Assembly (NCBI GenBank): GCA_003599755.1
Contig: QZJO01000001.1
Span: 5,222 to 69,221, forward strand
Origin: Candidatus Parcubacteria bacterium
Lineage (GTDB): Bacteria; Patescibacteriota; Minisyncoccia; Sungbacterales; SURF-37
Direction: 5' to 3'
DNA length: 64,000 nucleotides
Of this stretch, positions 47,147 through 56,718 are shown piece by piece (the stretch's first letter is position 1; each line of letters opens with the position of its first letter). The notes beneath the pieces were generated by a model. That model did not search any database, was not told the DNA's origin, and was given only the letters and a program-made list of their open reading frames with translations. The translations under genes were made by a program, and so were the position numbers.

Positions 47147-50100
47147 TGGCGCGCGGAAAACGACCGTGGATTCGCATCGTAGTGGGCGCCGGTCTTCCGC
47201 TGGTCGGGATCTGTATTGCCGTGCGAGCCGAGGCGGCGCAGTGCATTACCGAGCCGTTTGCGCAGGGATACTTTTTTAGTGACTACGAAGCGGTTGCATA
47301 TCAAGACGGGTTTCTGGCGCTTCATTATCGGATCGGCACCGAGCAGTTTAATGATGGCAGGACATTTCGCCTCGGATTTTCGGTATTCTCTGATACCTGC
47401 GACACGGCAATGCTTGATGTTTTCAATCAATTTGTCGTTGCGTTTCCGCCGGCTACGCAGGGATTTAGTATTCGTTTTACTTCCTCTTCGACATATGAGG
47501 TATGGAACGACGATATGAATACCCGTGCGGAATGCGCGGGCTGTCAGGGCGTTCTTCCTGTCTTTCCCTCCTACTACCAGATGCGCGTGAATGGCTTTAT
47601 TGATGGAGGCGCAAGCGTACTTCACGGAACATCGCATACGATTATCGAACATGCGGCCGGGCCGCCCATTCGAGGCGCGGCGCCTAACCCTCCCGATGCT
47701 TGCCCCGAGCAGGGTCTGAATGCCACGGGATACTACTTTGATGCGTTCGAACGCATCGAGCGATTGAACGGCGAGCTAGTGTACCAATTTCGACTCAAGA
47801 CGCCCTTTAATGACGGGAGAGGCGGTATCCTCTTCTTTGAGCTTTTCGATGCGGCATGCAATTCGCAGGGAATAATTCCATTTTACGATCGATTGGCGAT
47901 GACACCGCGTTCCCGGTATTTCAGCCTCCGATTTACCGATCGAACGAAATATGAGTTTTGGGACGATGACCACGAAATGCCTATTGATTGTCCTGCTTGT
48001 TCCGGCGAGTTACCGCCAGTGCTGTCGAATGGCGAGCCCTATGCATACGTGAGAGTGCGCGGCCGGATAGATGGAGCTGCTTCAACGCTTTCGTCCACGC
48101 TATTCCCTCTTGAAGGCGATGTCCCGTGTTGCTCGAACGTGCTATTTCTGCCGGGGCTCCAAGGGAGCCGGCTGTATCGTCCTGGCGAGGATCAACTTTG
48201 GGAGCCGACGCGGAATCAAGATATTGAAGAACTATATCTCGCAAACAACGGGCAGAGTTTGAATGCCGAGATTTATACCCGGGATATCATCGATGAGGCG
48301 CCGCGGATCATCAACGGCTATAACGTATATAAAAAATTCATCCAGTTCATGGATGAAGAATTAGTGGGGCAGGGAATCATCGATGAATGGAAAGCGATTC
48401 CCTATGACTGGCGACTCGACCTACCGTATATCATGCACGACGGTAAGAAAGTCGGCGAGACGGAGGGCGAAGACAATATCTCGTACATTGGCTCCACATC
48501 CACGCCGTATCTTATTCAAGAACTCGAGCGACTCGCGAATACATCGCGATCGGGTCGCGTGACGATCATCGCGCACTCCAACGGCGGGTTACTGGCCAAA
48601 TATTTGTTATCACAGATCGCCCCTCCTCATAGCCAGTACCATCATCTTTTCGCGAAGATCGATAAAGTAATACTCGTGGCGGTACCGCAGATCGGAACGC
48701 CTGCGGCAATCGAAGGCCTTCTCCACGGCGATGAACCTCAGCTGGGGGCAAATGTCGGTGTTACGGATTGGGGTTTTCTCGTAGACGAAGAGCGAGCGCG
48801 CGAACTTGCTGAGAATATGCAAAGCGCTTACAACCTTTTGCCGTCGCAGACGTATTTCGAGTTGGTGCAAAGTCCTATGGTGGAATTCGAATCGTCGACG
48901 GCGCGCGCCTACGATTTTCGCTCTTTTTACGACGGCACTATCGACTCGACCGAAGAGCTCAAGAGTTTTCTTGCGGGCGAACCGCATATACAGGGTCGTA
49001 GCGAACCGTTTGCCGACGACGAAGAATCGCCGAATGTACTGGATGCAAATATGCTCGCGTCGGCTATGCAGATGCATGCCGTGCTCGATAATTGGGCCCC
49101 TCCGGGCGGTATTGAAGTGGTCCAGATTGCCGGCTGGGGCATCAAGACCGTTCGCGGGATAAAGTATTCGTGCGGATTCTTCACATGCTCATCATTGAGT
49201 ACGCTTGACCGGGAGATTCTAAAAACGCACGAGGGAGACGGGACGGTTGTGCTGCCAAGTGCGGTAGCGATGGAGGAAGCGGAGAATGTTGAGAAATATT
49301 ATGTAAATCTGAGTAATTATAACGGAGAGCTTAGAAACCTCCGGAGAAACCGCGATCACGCGAGTATTTTAGAAGCCGATCCTACAAGGGCGTTTCTTAA
49401 AGAGATTATTAAAAATGATAAAAATTTAATAAAGCACGTAACATCCTCCATCCCGTCGGGCGAAGATCTCCTTACTCTTGATTATGCTATTCATTCACCT
49501 GTTGATATCCATCTGTATGATGCAGACAGTAATCATACCGGTCCTATTTCTAACCCATTACAGAACTCTGATTTCTTGGCATATGAAGCAACTATTCCAA
49601 ATTCCTATTATTGGGAATATGGTGAGACAAAATATGCTGGCTCAGATGCCATGACTGGAACGCTGGTGCAGTTGGTTGGTACGGCTACCGGCACATTTAC
49701 ATTCGATATTATCGAGAATCGGGGAGATGAAATTTTGGCAACAACAACCTTTAGAGATATTCCTGTTGGGATAGGATCCGTGCTTACCATGCGGATTGAT
49801 ACGATTGCGAGTTCAACATCGTTGCGAATGGATTTTGATGGAGATGGAATCATCGAAACGGATATTCTTCCGGGCGAAGGCATTACAACGAATGAGCTCA
49901 TTGGAATTATGAAAGGTCTCGTTAAAACGTTCAGCCTAACCGAGGAAGAGGAGAAAGGGCTTATTAAAGCGCTTGATAAATTCGAGAAAAATCTTGGCAA
50001 GGATTTCAAAGACGAAGAAAAAAGAAAAAAGAAGCTCGGACAGGCACTAGATTCAGTTGCGGGAAAGATCGAAAAATATGGGCAGAAAGAAGTTCTTTCG

Positions 50101-50163
50101 CCGGATGAGTTATTGCAGTTGATAAATTTTATAGATGAAATTAGGACTAAAGTGTTAGATTGA
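47146..50163 (+). CDS. Large secreted alpha/beta-hydrolase (LCAT/lipase-like) with duplicated N-terminal Cys domain
   Basis: Signal peptide; LFLPGLQGS, YDWR, AHSNGG nucleophile elbow, GDGTV, DHASIL; HSPVDIHLYD C-terminal module. Confidence 0.8.
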   Translation: MARGKRPWIRIVVGAGLPLVGICIAVRAEAAQCITEPFAQGYFFSDYEAVAYQDGFLALHYRIGTEQFNDGRTFRLGFSVFSDTCDTAMLDVFNQFVVAFPPATQGFSIRFTSSSTYEVWNDDMNTRAECAGCQGVLPVFPSYYQMRVNGFIDGGASVLHGTSHTIIEHAAGPPIRGAAPNPPDACPEQGLNATGYYFDAFERIERLNGELVYQFRLKTPFNDGRGGILFFELFDAACNSQGIIPFYDRLAMTPRSRYFSLRFTDRTKYEFWDDDHEMPIDCPACSGELPPVLSNGEPYAYVRVRGRIDGAASTLSSTLFPLEGDVPCCSNVLFLPGLQGSRLYRPGEDQLWEPTRNQDIEELYLANNGQSLNAEIYTRDIIDEAPRIINGYNVYKKFIQFMDEELVGQGIIDEWKAIPYDWRLDLPYIMHDGKKVGETEGEDNISYIGSTSTPYLIQELERLANTSRSGRVTIIAHSNGGLLAKYLLSQIAPPHSQYHHLFAKIDKVILVAVPQIGTPAAIEGLLHGDEPQLGANVGVTDWGFLVDEERARELAENMQSAYNLLPSQTYFELVQSPMVEFESSTARAYDFRSFYDGTIDSTEELKSFLAGEPHIQGRSEPFADDEESPNVLDANMLASAMQMHAVLDNWAPPGGIEVVQIAGWGIKTVRGIKYSCGFFTCSSLSTLDREILKTHEGDGTVVLPSAVAMEEAENVEKYYVNLSNYNGELRNLRRNRDHASILEADPTRAFLKEIIKNDKNLIKHVTSSIPSGEDLLTLDYAIHSPVDIHLYDADSNHTGPISNPLQNSDFLAYEATIPNSYYWEYGETKYAGSDAMTGTLVQLVGTATGTFTFDIIENRGDEILATTTFRDIPVGIGSVLTMRIDTIASSTSLRMDFDGDGIIETDILPGEGITTNELIGIMKGLVKTFSLTEEEEKGLIKALDKFEKNLGKDFKDEEKRKKKLGQALDSVAGKIEKYGQKEVLSPDELLQLINFIDEIRTKVLD

Positions 50164-50166
50164 AAT

Positions 50167-50592
50167 ATGTCTCATAGACAGAAAATAGCTGTAATAGTTA
50201 CTATCTCCGTATTAATTTTCGGTTCTGTATGGTTTGTTTGTGCAGAAGAATGTCCTAATATAAGTCGCTTCCTAGATCCTGAATCTGAAGAGGCAATAGT
50301 GCTTTCTGCAGTTTTATTCCTTCCATCGATTTTCTTAATTTCACTTATGCTCTTCTTTTTTGGAGAAGAGACATTCCGCCTTTGGTTTAATTTTGCCAAA
50401 TTTTACTTACCAATTACGATCGCGTTTATTATTTGGTCTGCGTATGTTTCAAGCAGCACGAGCTGGGGAATAAGTACCGGATCGGATGCTGAATCTTTCG
50501 CTTGGTTTTTTGCGATTCTATTCCTCATTATTTCTGTATCTCTAATCTCCTGGAAATCTTGGCGACTACGGAAAGGATCAGCAGGGAGATAA
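50167..50592 (+). CDS. Small AT-rich 4-TM membrane protein
   Basis: Four hydrophobic segments; starts 3 nt after the lipase stop. Confidence 0.7.
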   Translation: MSHRQKIAVIVTISVLIFGSVWFVCAEECPNISRFLDPESEEAIVLSAVLFLPSIFLISLMLFFFGEETFRLWFNFAKFYLPITIAFIIWSAYVSSSTSWGISTGSDAESFAWFFAILFLIISVSLISWKSWRLRKGSAGR

Positions 50593-50629
50593 CGGAGTGA
50601 CATCGGATGTCGGTACCGCTATTTAACTC

Positions 50630-50877
50630 CTGGCCCGTTTCAGTTTTATTCTAATATGCTCGTTGCCGAAGGCAAACTTGATGCGCGCATTGCGTTTGAT
50701 CCTTGGGGTTATGACTATGATTTCGCCTCCGGCGTATTGCTCATTGCCGAAGCCGGCGGCCGCGTGACAAACATTGGCAGCACGACCTACGACTACCGTA
50801 ATACGAATTTCATTGCCGCAAATCCGGTAATTTTTGAAGAACTCACGAAAGGTCCGGACGCCATATTCCCATTGTGA
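50630..50877 (+). pseudogene. C-terminal fragment of inositol monophosphatase family gene
   Basis: LVAEGKLDA...YDFASGVLLIAEAGGRVT is the IMPase C-terminal motif; the N-terminal portion is absent. Confidence 0.75.
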
Positions 50878-51407
50878 AAAAGCAAACGAATTGGATTGTT
50901 TTTACTGGCGCTCCAAACTCGGGGAAGTCCAGTGCGCTCGAGCGAATGTCATTCCTCGGATATAAAACCGTGCCCGAGAACGCCCGCCTTTTCATTGATC
51001 AAGAAGTGAGCCAAGGAAGAGCGGTCAGTGATATCCGCGCAGATGAGCAAGAGTTTCAAAGAAAGATTCTCGCTCTTAACAAGGAAGTAGCTGAACGGTT
51101 CCCTTCCGAAGAACTTACGTTTTTTGATAGAGGTCTGGGGGACAGCATTGCGTATTTCACCGTGCACCGGATGGATCCTGCGCCTGCCATTCAAGCAGCG
51201 CGAGATATTCAATACCGAAAAGTATTTCTGTTTGATCGTTTGGCATCACAACGAAATCAATTTGGCGATGAACAGATAGCCAGCGAAATTGAAGCGGCGA
51301 TCGAGCGAGCCTATACGGACTTGGGATATGAGATCACTCGGGTTCCGGCGGTTTCCATACCGGAACGAGTCACATTAATTTTGGATACTCTTGAGTTAGA
51401 GGGGTAA
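50874..51407 (+). CDS. P-loop ATPase/kinase (AAA_28, NadR/Ttd14-like)
   Basis: IVFTGAPNSGKS, FFDRG, YTDLGY. Confidence 0.8.
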   Translation: MKKQTNWIVFTGAPNSGKSSALERMSFLGYKTVPENARLFIDQEVSQGRAVSDIRADEQEFQRKILALNKEVAERFPSEELTFFDRGLGDSIAYFTVHRMDPAPAIQAARDIQYRKVFLFDRLASQRNQFGDEQIASEIEAAIERAYTDLGYEITRVPAVSIPERVTLILDTLELEG

Positions 51408-51517
51408 GGGTTGTCCGATACTATTCATAATTTGCCCTGTGAAATACCGCAATGGCCTCTCTTGAGGCGATAGGGTATCTTCAAGGAGCTTAGAATCATA
51501 AGCCCGCACGGATATTT

Positions 51518-52558
51518 ATGCCCAAGGAAGAAAAAGCCGAGAAACTGCGCGCATTGGAAGATACGGTCAAAGAGCTCCAGGACAAGTTCGGGGAAGGGGC
51601 GCTGATGATGCTTGGCGAGGCCCGGAAGGTCAACGTGGATGTCATCCCGACCGGCTCGCTTGCCCTGGATATGGCCCTTGGCGTGGGCGGGATGCCCAGA
51701 GGCCGGGTGGTGGAGATATTCGGCCCCGAATCTTCGGGCAAGACCACGCTCGCGCTCCATATCGTTGCCCAAGCCCAAAAGAAGGGCGGGCTTGCGGCAT
51801 TCGTGGATGCCGAGCATGCCCTGGACCCGGACTATGCCAAGCGCCTCGGCGTGAAGGTCAACGAGCTTTTGATATCCCAGCCCGACACCGGCGAGCAGGC
51901 CTTGGAGATCGTGGATTCGCTCGTGCGCTCGGGTTCCATGGACGTGGTGGTGATCGACTCGGTGGCCGCGCTCACACCCCGGGCCGAGATCGAGGGCGAC
52001 ATGGGCCAGCAGCACGTCGGCCTGCAGGCGCGCTTGATGTCGCATGCGCTCCGGAAATTGACGGGGTCGGTGTCGCGCACCAAGACCGTGGTGATTTTCA
52101 TCAACCAGATACGGATGCAGATCGGCATCATGTTCGGCAACCCCGAGACCACGCCCGGGGGCAAGGCCCTGAAATTCTATTCGTCCGTGCGCGTGGAGGT
52201 GCGCCGTGCGGCGCAAATCAAGAAAGGGGACGAGATCATCGGCAACCGGGTGAACGCCAAGGTAGTGAAGAACAAGGTTGCCGCGCCGTTTCGTCGCGCG
52301 GAGTTCGACATCTTCTACAACGAAGGCATTTCGCATGAGGCCGAATTGCTGATCCTTGGCGAAAAGTACGGGGTACTCAAGAAATCGGGTGCTTCGTACC
52401 TGTTCGGCGGCACGCGCCTCGGCCAGGGCTTTGATAACGCCCGCAATTTCCTGAAGGAAAATGGGAAGATCGCCGATGAGATAGCCAAAAAAATCAAAGA
52501 CGCCGCGGCTTCCGGCGTGGTCCCGGAACCAAAGGGCAAAGGAAAAGAGGAGGATTAG
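51518..52558 (+). CDS. recA: Recombinase RecA
   Basis: [23 protein letters not shown]. Confidence 0.98.
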   Translation: MPKEEKAEKLRALEDTVKELQDKFGEGALMMLGEARKVNVDVIPTGSLALDMALGVGGMPRGRVVEIFGPESSGKTTLALHIVAQAQKKGGLAAFVDAEHALDPDYAKRLGVKVNELLISQPDTGEQALEIVDSLVRSGSMDVVVIDSVAALTPRAEIEGDMGQQHVGLQARLMSHALRKLTGSVSRTKTVVIFINQIRMQIGIMFGNPETTPGGKALKFYSSVRVEVRRAAQIKKGDEIIGNRVNAKVVKNKVAAPFRRAEFDIFYNEGISHEAELLILGEKYGVLKKSGASYLFGGTRLGQGFDNARNFLKENGKIADEIAKKIKDAAASGVVPEPKGKGKEED

Positions 52559-52575
52559 ATTTGTCGAGGAAACGA

Positions 52576-52606
52576 CAAACCGCCGGCCACTCAGGGCCGG
52601 CGGTTT
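52576..52606. terminator. Terminator after recA
   Basis: CAAACCGCCGGCC/GGCCGGCGGTTTG hairpin. Confidence 0.7.
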
Positions 52607-52618
52607 GCATATGAAGTT

Positions 52619-53096
52619 AAAAAAATGGGCCGCCAGAGTGGTGGAAGCCCGAGACGAGAGACGTTTCCAGTGCGAGGCCTGGACCCTTGTTGCCCGTTTT
52701 ACGGGGCTTGAGAGCCATTCCTGGCCAAAGACCTTGCGGTCACCTTTGAGACGTATCCCGCCCGAACACCACCACACTGGCGGCATGCCGCTGACGATGG
52801 CCAGCCCTTTGTTGACGACCGAAGCCGTCACCACTGAGCTTGACGCCCGATCGCTCCCAGGGAGCATATGCTGACGCGCGGCCAGCCACGCTTTGAGAAC
52901 GCTCGTGCGTCCAATCATCGTCCTTACGGCATCTGATGGGCATGCGCCCGAAGAACTTTGCCGCGAACGGCACCCTACGATCTGCAGGTGAGGGGGAAAA
53001 CCCACAGCTGTTTGACCGAAGCGCCGATCCGCGACTTTTTTCGGCAGGCACCCGCCCGCCAGCTTGCCAACAGATGCACTCGTCACCCGTCAGCCC
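52619..53096 (-). ncRNA. Candidate large structured non-coding RNA, unassigned
   Basis: No credible ORF. Upstream TTGACT -35. Two long-range closing helices, UUCG/GNRA tetraloops on the minus strand, U7 tail. Confidence 0.6.
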
Positions 53097-53209
53097 ATGC
53101 ATCTTCGCGCGTTCGGGGTTTTGAGTCAAGCGTTTTTCAGGCTGTTTTACCCTCTGGTCATCAACAAGTAATGCACAGCGCTGTCAGACAATGAAGAAGA
53201 ATTGAAGGC

Positions 53210-53246
53210 AAGAAAATCCGTCCGCCGGGCGCGGACGGATTTTCTT
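53210..53246 (-). terminator. Terminator of rpsF-ssb-rpsR
   Basis: AAGAAAATCCGTCCGC...GCGGACGGATTTTCTT. Confidence 0.75.
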
Positions 53247-53267
53247 CACGAAGCGAAAGCCTAATCC

Positions 53268-53546
53268 TTAGTAGAGATTGTAGGCGAGCAAGCCGAGTTC
53301 GCGCGCGCGCTTGATGGCGTTCGCGAGCGCGCGCTGGTGGAGCGCGCAGAGGCCCGTGCGGCGCCGCGGCATGATCTTCATCTGGAAATTCATGAAGCGC
53401 CGCAGCGTCTCGGCATCCTTGTGGTCGATGAATTTATGGCTCGAGGTGCAAAAGAAACACTGCCGTTCGGGCTGCGGGGCAACCGAACGGATCATGCGCG
53501 CGGTGCGCGCGGCTTCGCGAGGCGATTGGGTTCGAGGAGACGGCAT
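53268..53546 (-). CDS. rpsR: 30S ribosomal protein S18
   Basis: CFFC, IDHKD, KIMPRRRTG, AIKRARELGLL. Confidence 0.93.
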   Translation of the reverse strand: MPSPRTQSPREAARTARMIRSVAPQPERQCFFCTSSHKFIDHKDAETLRRFMNFQMKIMPRRRTGLCALHQRALANAIKRARELGLLAYNLY

Positions 53547-53572
53547 GATGGATTGCGATTATGCGATCGGTG

Positions 53573-54046
53573 CTAAAACGGAATATCTTCGGGTTTGATT
53601 TCGTCTTCGTCGCCGGGGTATTGCACGGTCTCGACGGGCTCAGGGGCCGGTTGCTCGGCCTGTTCGCCGCTTGCCGCGGCTTTGCCGTTGGGCGCGCCGC
53701 TGGCCGCGTGGCCGCCGCCCGTGCGCGGGCCCAGCTGCATGGTCTCGGCCACGATTTCGGTGCGGTATTTTTTTTCGCCGTTTTTGTCCTGCCAGGAGCG
53801 CGTTTGGATACGGCCTTCGATGAACACGAGCGAGCCCCTTTTCAAATATTGGTTGCAGATCTCGGCCAGACGGCCCCAGGCGACGATATTGTGGAATTCG
53901 GCCGCTTGTTGGCGTTCGCCGCGCGCGTCTTTGAATACGCGGTTGGTCGCGATGCTGAAGGAGCAGACGTTTTGGCCGCTCGGCGTGGTGCGCAGTTCCG
54001 GATCGCGCGTCACATTGCCGAGGACGAATGCTTTGTTGAAGTTCAT
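53573..54046 (-). CDS. ssb: Single-stranded DNA-binding protein
   Basis: NKAFVLGNVTRDPELR; C-terminal DIPF. Confidence 0.97.
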   Translation of the reverse strand: MNFNKAFVLGNVTRDPELRTTPSGQNVCSFSIATNRVFKDARGERQQAAEFHNIVAWGRLAEICNQYLKRGSLVFIEGRIQTRSWQDKNGEKKYRTEIVAETMQLGPRTGGGHAASGAPNGKAAASGEQAEQPAPEPVETVQYPGDEDEIKPEDIPF

Positions 54047-54564
54047 GCGCGTTCCTCCTCAGTTGATGCGGGAGCAGCGTTTGATTCGGCCGCGGCGGGG
54101 GTTTCCTCGCCGCCGAGGATTTCATCGAGTTTTTTGTCGAGCTCCGCGAATTTCTGGACGTCCTCTTCTTTCGGCGCTTGGGGTGTGAATGCCTGGGCAG
54201 GACCGCCGCCCGCGCCGCTCGGGCGCCGGCCGCGTTCGCCGCGAGGGCGGAATTCCTGGACCGGGCGCTTCACCTCTTCGGTGATCATATGGCGGACTAT
54301 GGATTTCTCGCCTTTGAGCTTGGCGTTGATTTCTCCAAGGCGCTCGGGCGCGACGGTAAAGACCGTGTAGCCGAAGTAGGCGTTTTGCAATTCATCGATG
54401 GGGTAGGCGAGGCGGCGCTTTTTCGGCTCTTCGATCCGCCCGACAACACCATGCGCATCCTGGATGAAGCCGGTGATTTTTCCGGCCTCGCCGAACACGG
54501 CATCCTCGGCGATGTCGGGCTGGAAGAGGTAGGACACTTCGTAGGTTTTGGTATCCGCGTTCAT
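54043..54564 (-). CDS. rpsF: 30S ribosomal protein S6
   Basis: TYEVSYL, RRLAYPI; rpsF-ssb-rpsR synteny. Confidence 0.92.
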   Translation of the reverse strand: MNADTKTYEVSYLFQPDIAEDAVFGEAGKITGFIQDAHGVVGRIEEPKKRRLAYPIDELQNAYFGYTVFTVAPERLGEINAKLKGEKSIVRHMITEEVKRPVQEFRPRGERGRRPSGAGGGPAQAFTPQAPKEEDVQKFAELDKKLDEILGGEETPAAAESNAAPASTEEERA

Positions 54565-54761
54565 GGCGATGTGCTCAAACTCTAGCAAACGAGCCGTGGT
54601 TTTCCAATTGACTTTTCATATCACGAATGGTACCTTGGCGCAAGATAGACGACCTTTTGAGCGTGTTCGAGCGGGAGAAAGGCCCCGTGGCTTTCGCAGG
54701 CGCGCGGCATGCGCGTCTGGCATGTTCGGGTACGAGAATGTTCGTTTCCCGGGAGGCCATC

Positions 54762-55217
54762 ATGGCAACGGCGGAGAAGCGGTCGCAGTCGCAAACCAAC
54801 GCATTACCGGCAGCGCCGGACGTCGGCGCCCTCGTGACTCGGCTGGAGGCACGCGCGCTGCACTTCTGGTTCACCCTCGCATACCGCGATCGGCCGGACG
54901 ATCCCTGGCACCTCGTGAAGATCGCCGAGCTCAGCGATGAGATGGTGGCGCATGCCACCATCGGCGAGTTCGCCGTCAATCCGACCGGCTGCCAGCCCGT
55001 CTGCAGCGGCCAGGCGCGGGTCGAATGGCATCCAACGACCGATTCCGAGCTGCGGATGTTCATCGCATTCTGGCGCGACGGCGTCAACGGCTTTCGCCGG
55101 TGGTTCATCCGCCTCATGCAGGAGCACCCGCGCCTCAGGGAAGAGGACCGCGTACGGATCACCGACGCGCTCGCCGCCATGTTGCGCACCCGGCGCGTCG
55201 GGCACGACAGCAACTGA
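54762..55217 (+). CDS. Hypothetical protein (stand-alone accessory gene)
   Basis: GGGAGG SD before MATAEK. TTGACT-17-TACCTT promoter at 54608-54636. Terminator at 55249-55279. Confidence 0.6.
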   Translation: MATAEKRSQSQTNALPAAPDVGALVTRLEARALHFWFTLAYRDRPDDPWHLVKIAELSDEMVAHATIGEFAVNPTGCQPVCSGQARVEWHPTTDSELRMFIAFWRDGVNGFRRWFIRLMQEHPRLREEDRVRITDALAAMLRTRRVGHDSN

Positions 55218-55307
55218 ACCTGCGGCATCGCGCCGCACCTCGCCCCAGAAGGACCCATCCAGAGCCGGATGGGTCCTTTCGCTTTTGCGGCGGGGCTTCG
55301 ATCGCAG

Positions 55308-55339
55308 ACATTCTCACATTCTTGAGAATGTGAGAATGT
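55308..55339. repeat. 32-bp palindrome copy 4
   Basis: ACATTCTCACATTCT-TG-AGAATGTGAGAATGT, perfect 15-bp arms. Confidence 0.85.
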
Positions 55340-55366
55340 AGATCATCCCGGAAGACGGGAAGGTAG

Positions 55367-56458
55367 TTAGATTTTGAATTCGATCACGTCGCCGTCCTGG
55401 ACCACGTATTCCTTGCCTTCGGTGCGGACCCAGCCGAGTTCGCGCGCCCGCGCGAACGAGCCGGCCTCAATGAGTTTCGCATACGCCGCGACTTCGGCGC
55501 GGATGAATTTTTGTTCGAAATCGGAATGGATCGCCCGGCCGGCGCGGGGCGCGGTCGATCTGAGGGGAATGGTCCAGGCGCGGGTCTCATCCTCGCCCGT
55601 GGTCAGAAACGTCATGAGGCCGAGCGTCTGGTAGCCGAGTTTGATGAGGCGGTCGAGGCCGGATTCCGAAAGCCCGAGGGATGCCAAATATTCTCTGCGT
55701 TCTTCGGGCGCGAGAGAATTTGCCTCATCCTCCATTTTTGCCGAAAGCACGATCCACGGATCGCCGGCCATGGCCGCCAAGAGCTCGGGTGACGGCTGCC
55801 AGTTTTTCTGAATTTGTTCTTCGGATGCATTGCAGATAAAAATACGCTGCTTCGCGGTCAAAAGGCCGAGCTCGCCGAGCAGGTGTTGGACTTCTTCGCG
55901 ATCGTCCTTGCCGAGGACGGCGCTTGCGCGCTTGCCGTCTTTCAGCCCTTGTTGGAGTTTTCCAAGCACTTCCTTTTGAATGACTGCGGTTTTGTCGCCG
56001 CCGCGCGCCAGGCGGATCGTGGATTCGAGCCGGCGTTCGACTGAATCCAGGTCCTTGAAGATCAGTTCCAAATCAATGATGCCGATGTCAGCCGCGGGAT
56101 CCACGCGGTTTTCGACGTGGATAATGTTCGGATCCTCGAACACGCGCACGACCTGGGCGATGGCATCCACGTCGCGGATGTGCGAGAGGAATTTGTTGCC
56201 CAGACCCTGGCCTTCGGCGGCACCCTTTACGAGGCCGGCGATGTCCACGAATTCGACGATCGCGTGGATGATTTTTTTGGAATGCGAAAGCTCGGCCAGG
56301 CGCTCGACGCGCTCGTCCGGCACTTCCACCACGCCGACGTTGGGCTCGATGGTGACGAAGGGATAATTTTCCGCCGGCACCTGCTTTTTAGTCAGGGCAC
56401 GGAACAGGGTCGATTTGCCGACGTTGGGTAGACCGACGATGCCGATCTTCAAACTCAT
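55367..56458 (-). CDS. ychF: Ribosome-binding ATPase YchF
   Basis: GIVGLPNVGKST, DIAGLV, EGKEYVVQDGD. Confidence 0.96.
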   Translation of the reverse strand: MSLKIGIVGLPNVGKSTLFRALTKKQVPAENYPFVTIEPNVGVVEVPDERVERLAELSHSKKIIHAIVEFVDIAGLVKGAAEGQGLGNKFLSHIRDVDAIAQVVRVFEDPNIIHVENRVDPAADIGIIDLELIFKDLDSVERRLESTIRLARGGDKTAVIQKEVLGKLQQGLKDGKRASAVLGKDDREEVQHLLGELGLLTAKQRIFICNASEEQIQKNWQPSPELLAAMAGDPWIVLSAKMEDEANSLAPEERREYLASLGLSESGLDRLIKLGYQTLGLMTFLTTGEDETRAWTIPLRSTAPRAGRAIHSDFEQKFIRAEVAAYAKLIEAGSFARARELGWVRTEGKEYVVQDGDVIEFKI

Positions 56459-56574
56459 CCCGTTTAGAGATAGGACGCGGACGATAAGGATACCGCGCCG
56501 TATTGATTATGGGAAAAACTATCCGAAATATGGTCCTGCATAGATTTATTATCGCGTCCGCGATCTCTAACGGG
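56459..56574. mobile_element. CCCGTTAGA-family element F (116 bp) at ychF start
   Basis: CCCGT(T)TAGAGAT...ATCTCTAACGGG. Perfect ACTCAT (= ATGAGT) duplication at 56453-58 and 56575-80. Confidence 0.8.
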
Positions 56575-56613
56575 ACTCATCCCGATTATCCTAGCCGAAC
56601 GCTTCATTAAATG

Positions 56614-56649
56614 AAAATACCCGGGAGGATCGGCTGTGATCCTCCCGGG
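56614..56649 (-). terminator. Terminator downstream of purD-like gene
   Basis: CCCGGGAGGATC/GATCCTCCCGGG hairpin with adjacent A tract. Confidence 0.65.
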
Positions 56650-56718
56650 ATGCGGCATCGAGGACGCCTCAAGTCCTCGACTGCTCGCTATGCGGACCGA
56701 AAGAACCGGGTGATGCGT

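Noticed and set aside
41400-51400. Prophage or ICE
   Set aside because: No integrase, structural, relaxase or T4SS ATPase genes are recognisable.
52619-53096. tmRNA, RNase P RNA or SRP RNA
   Set aside because: No T-loop/CCA end, no GAGGAAAGUCC P4 motif, and no SRP helix-8 consensus on either strand. Left unassigned.
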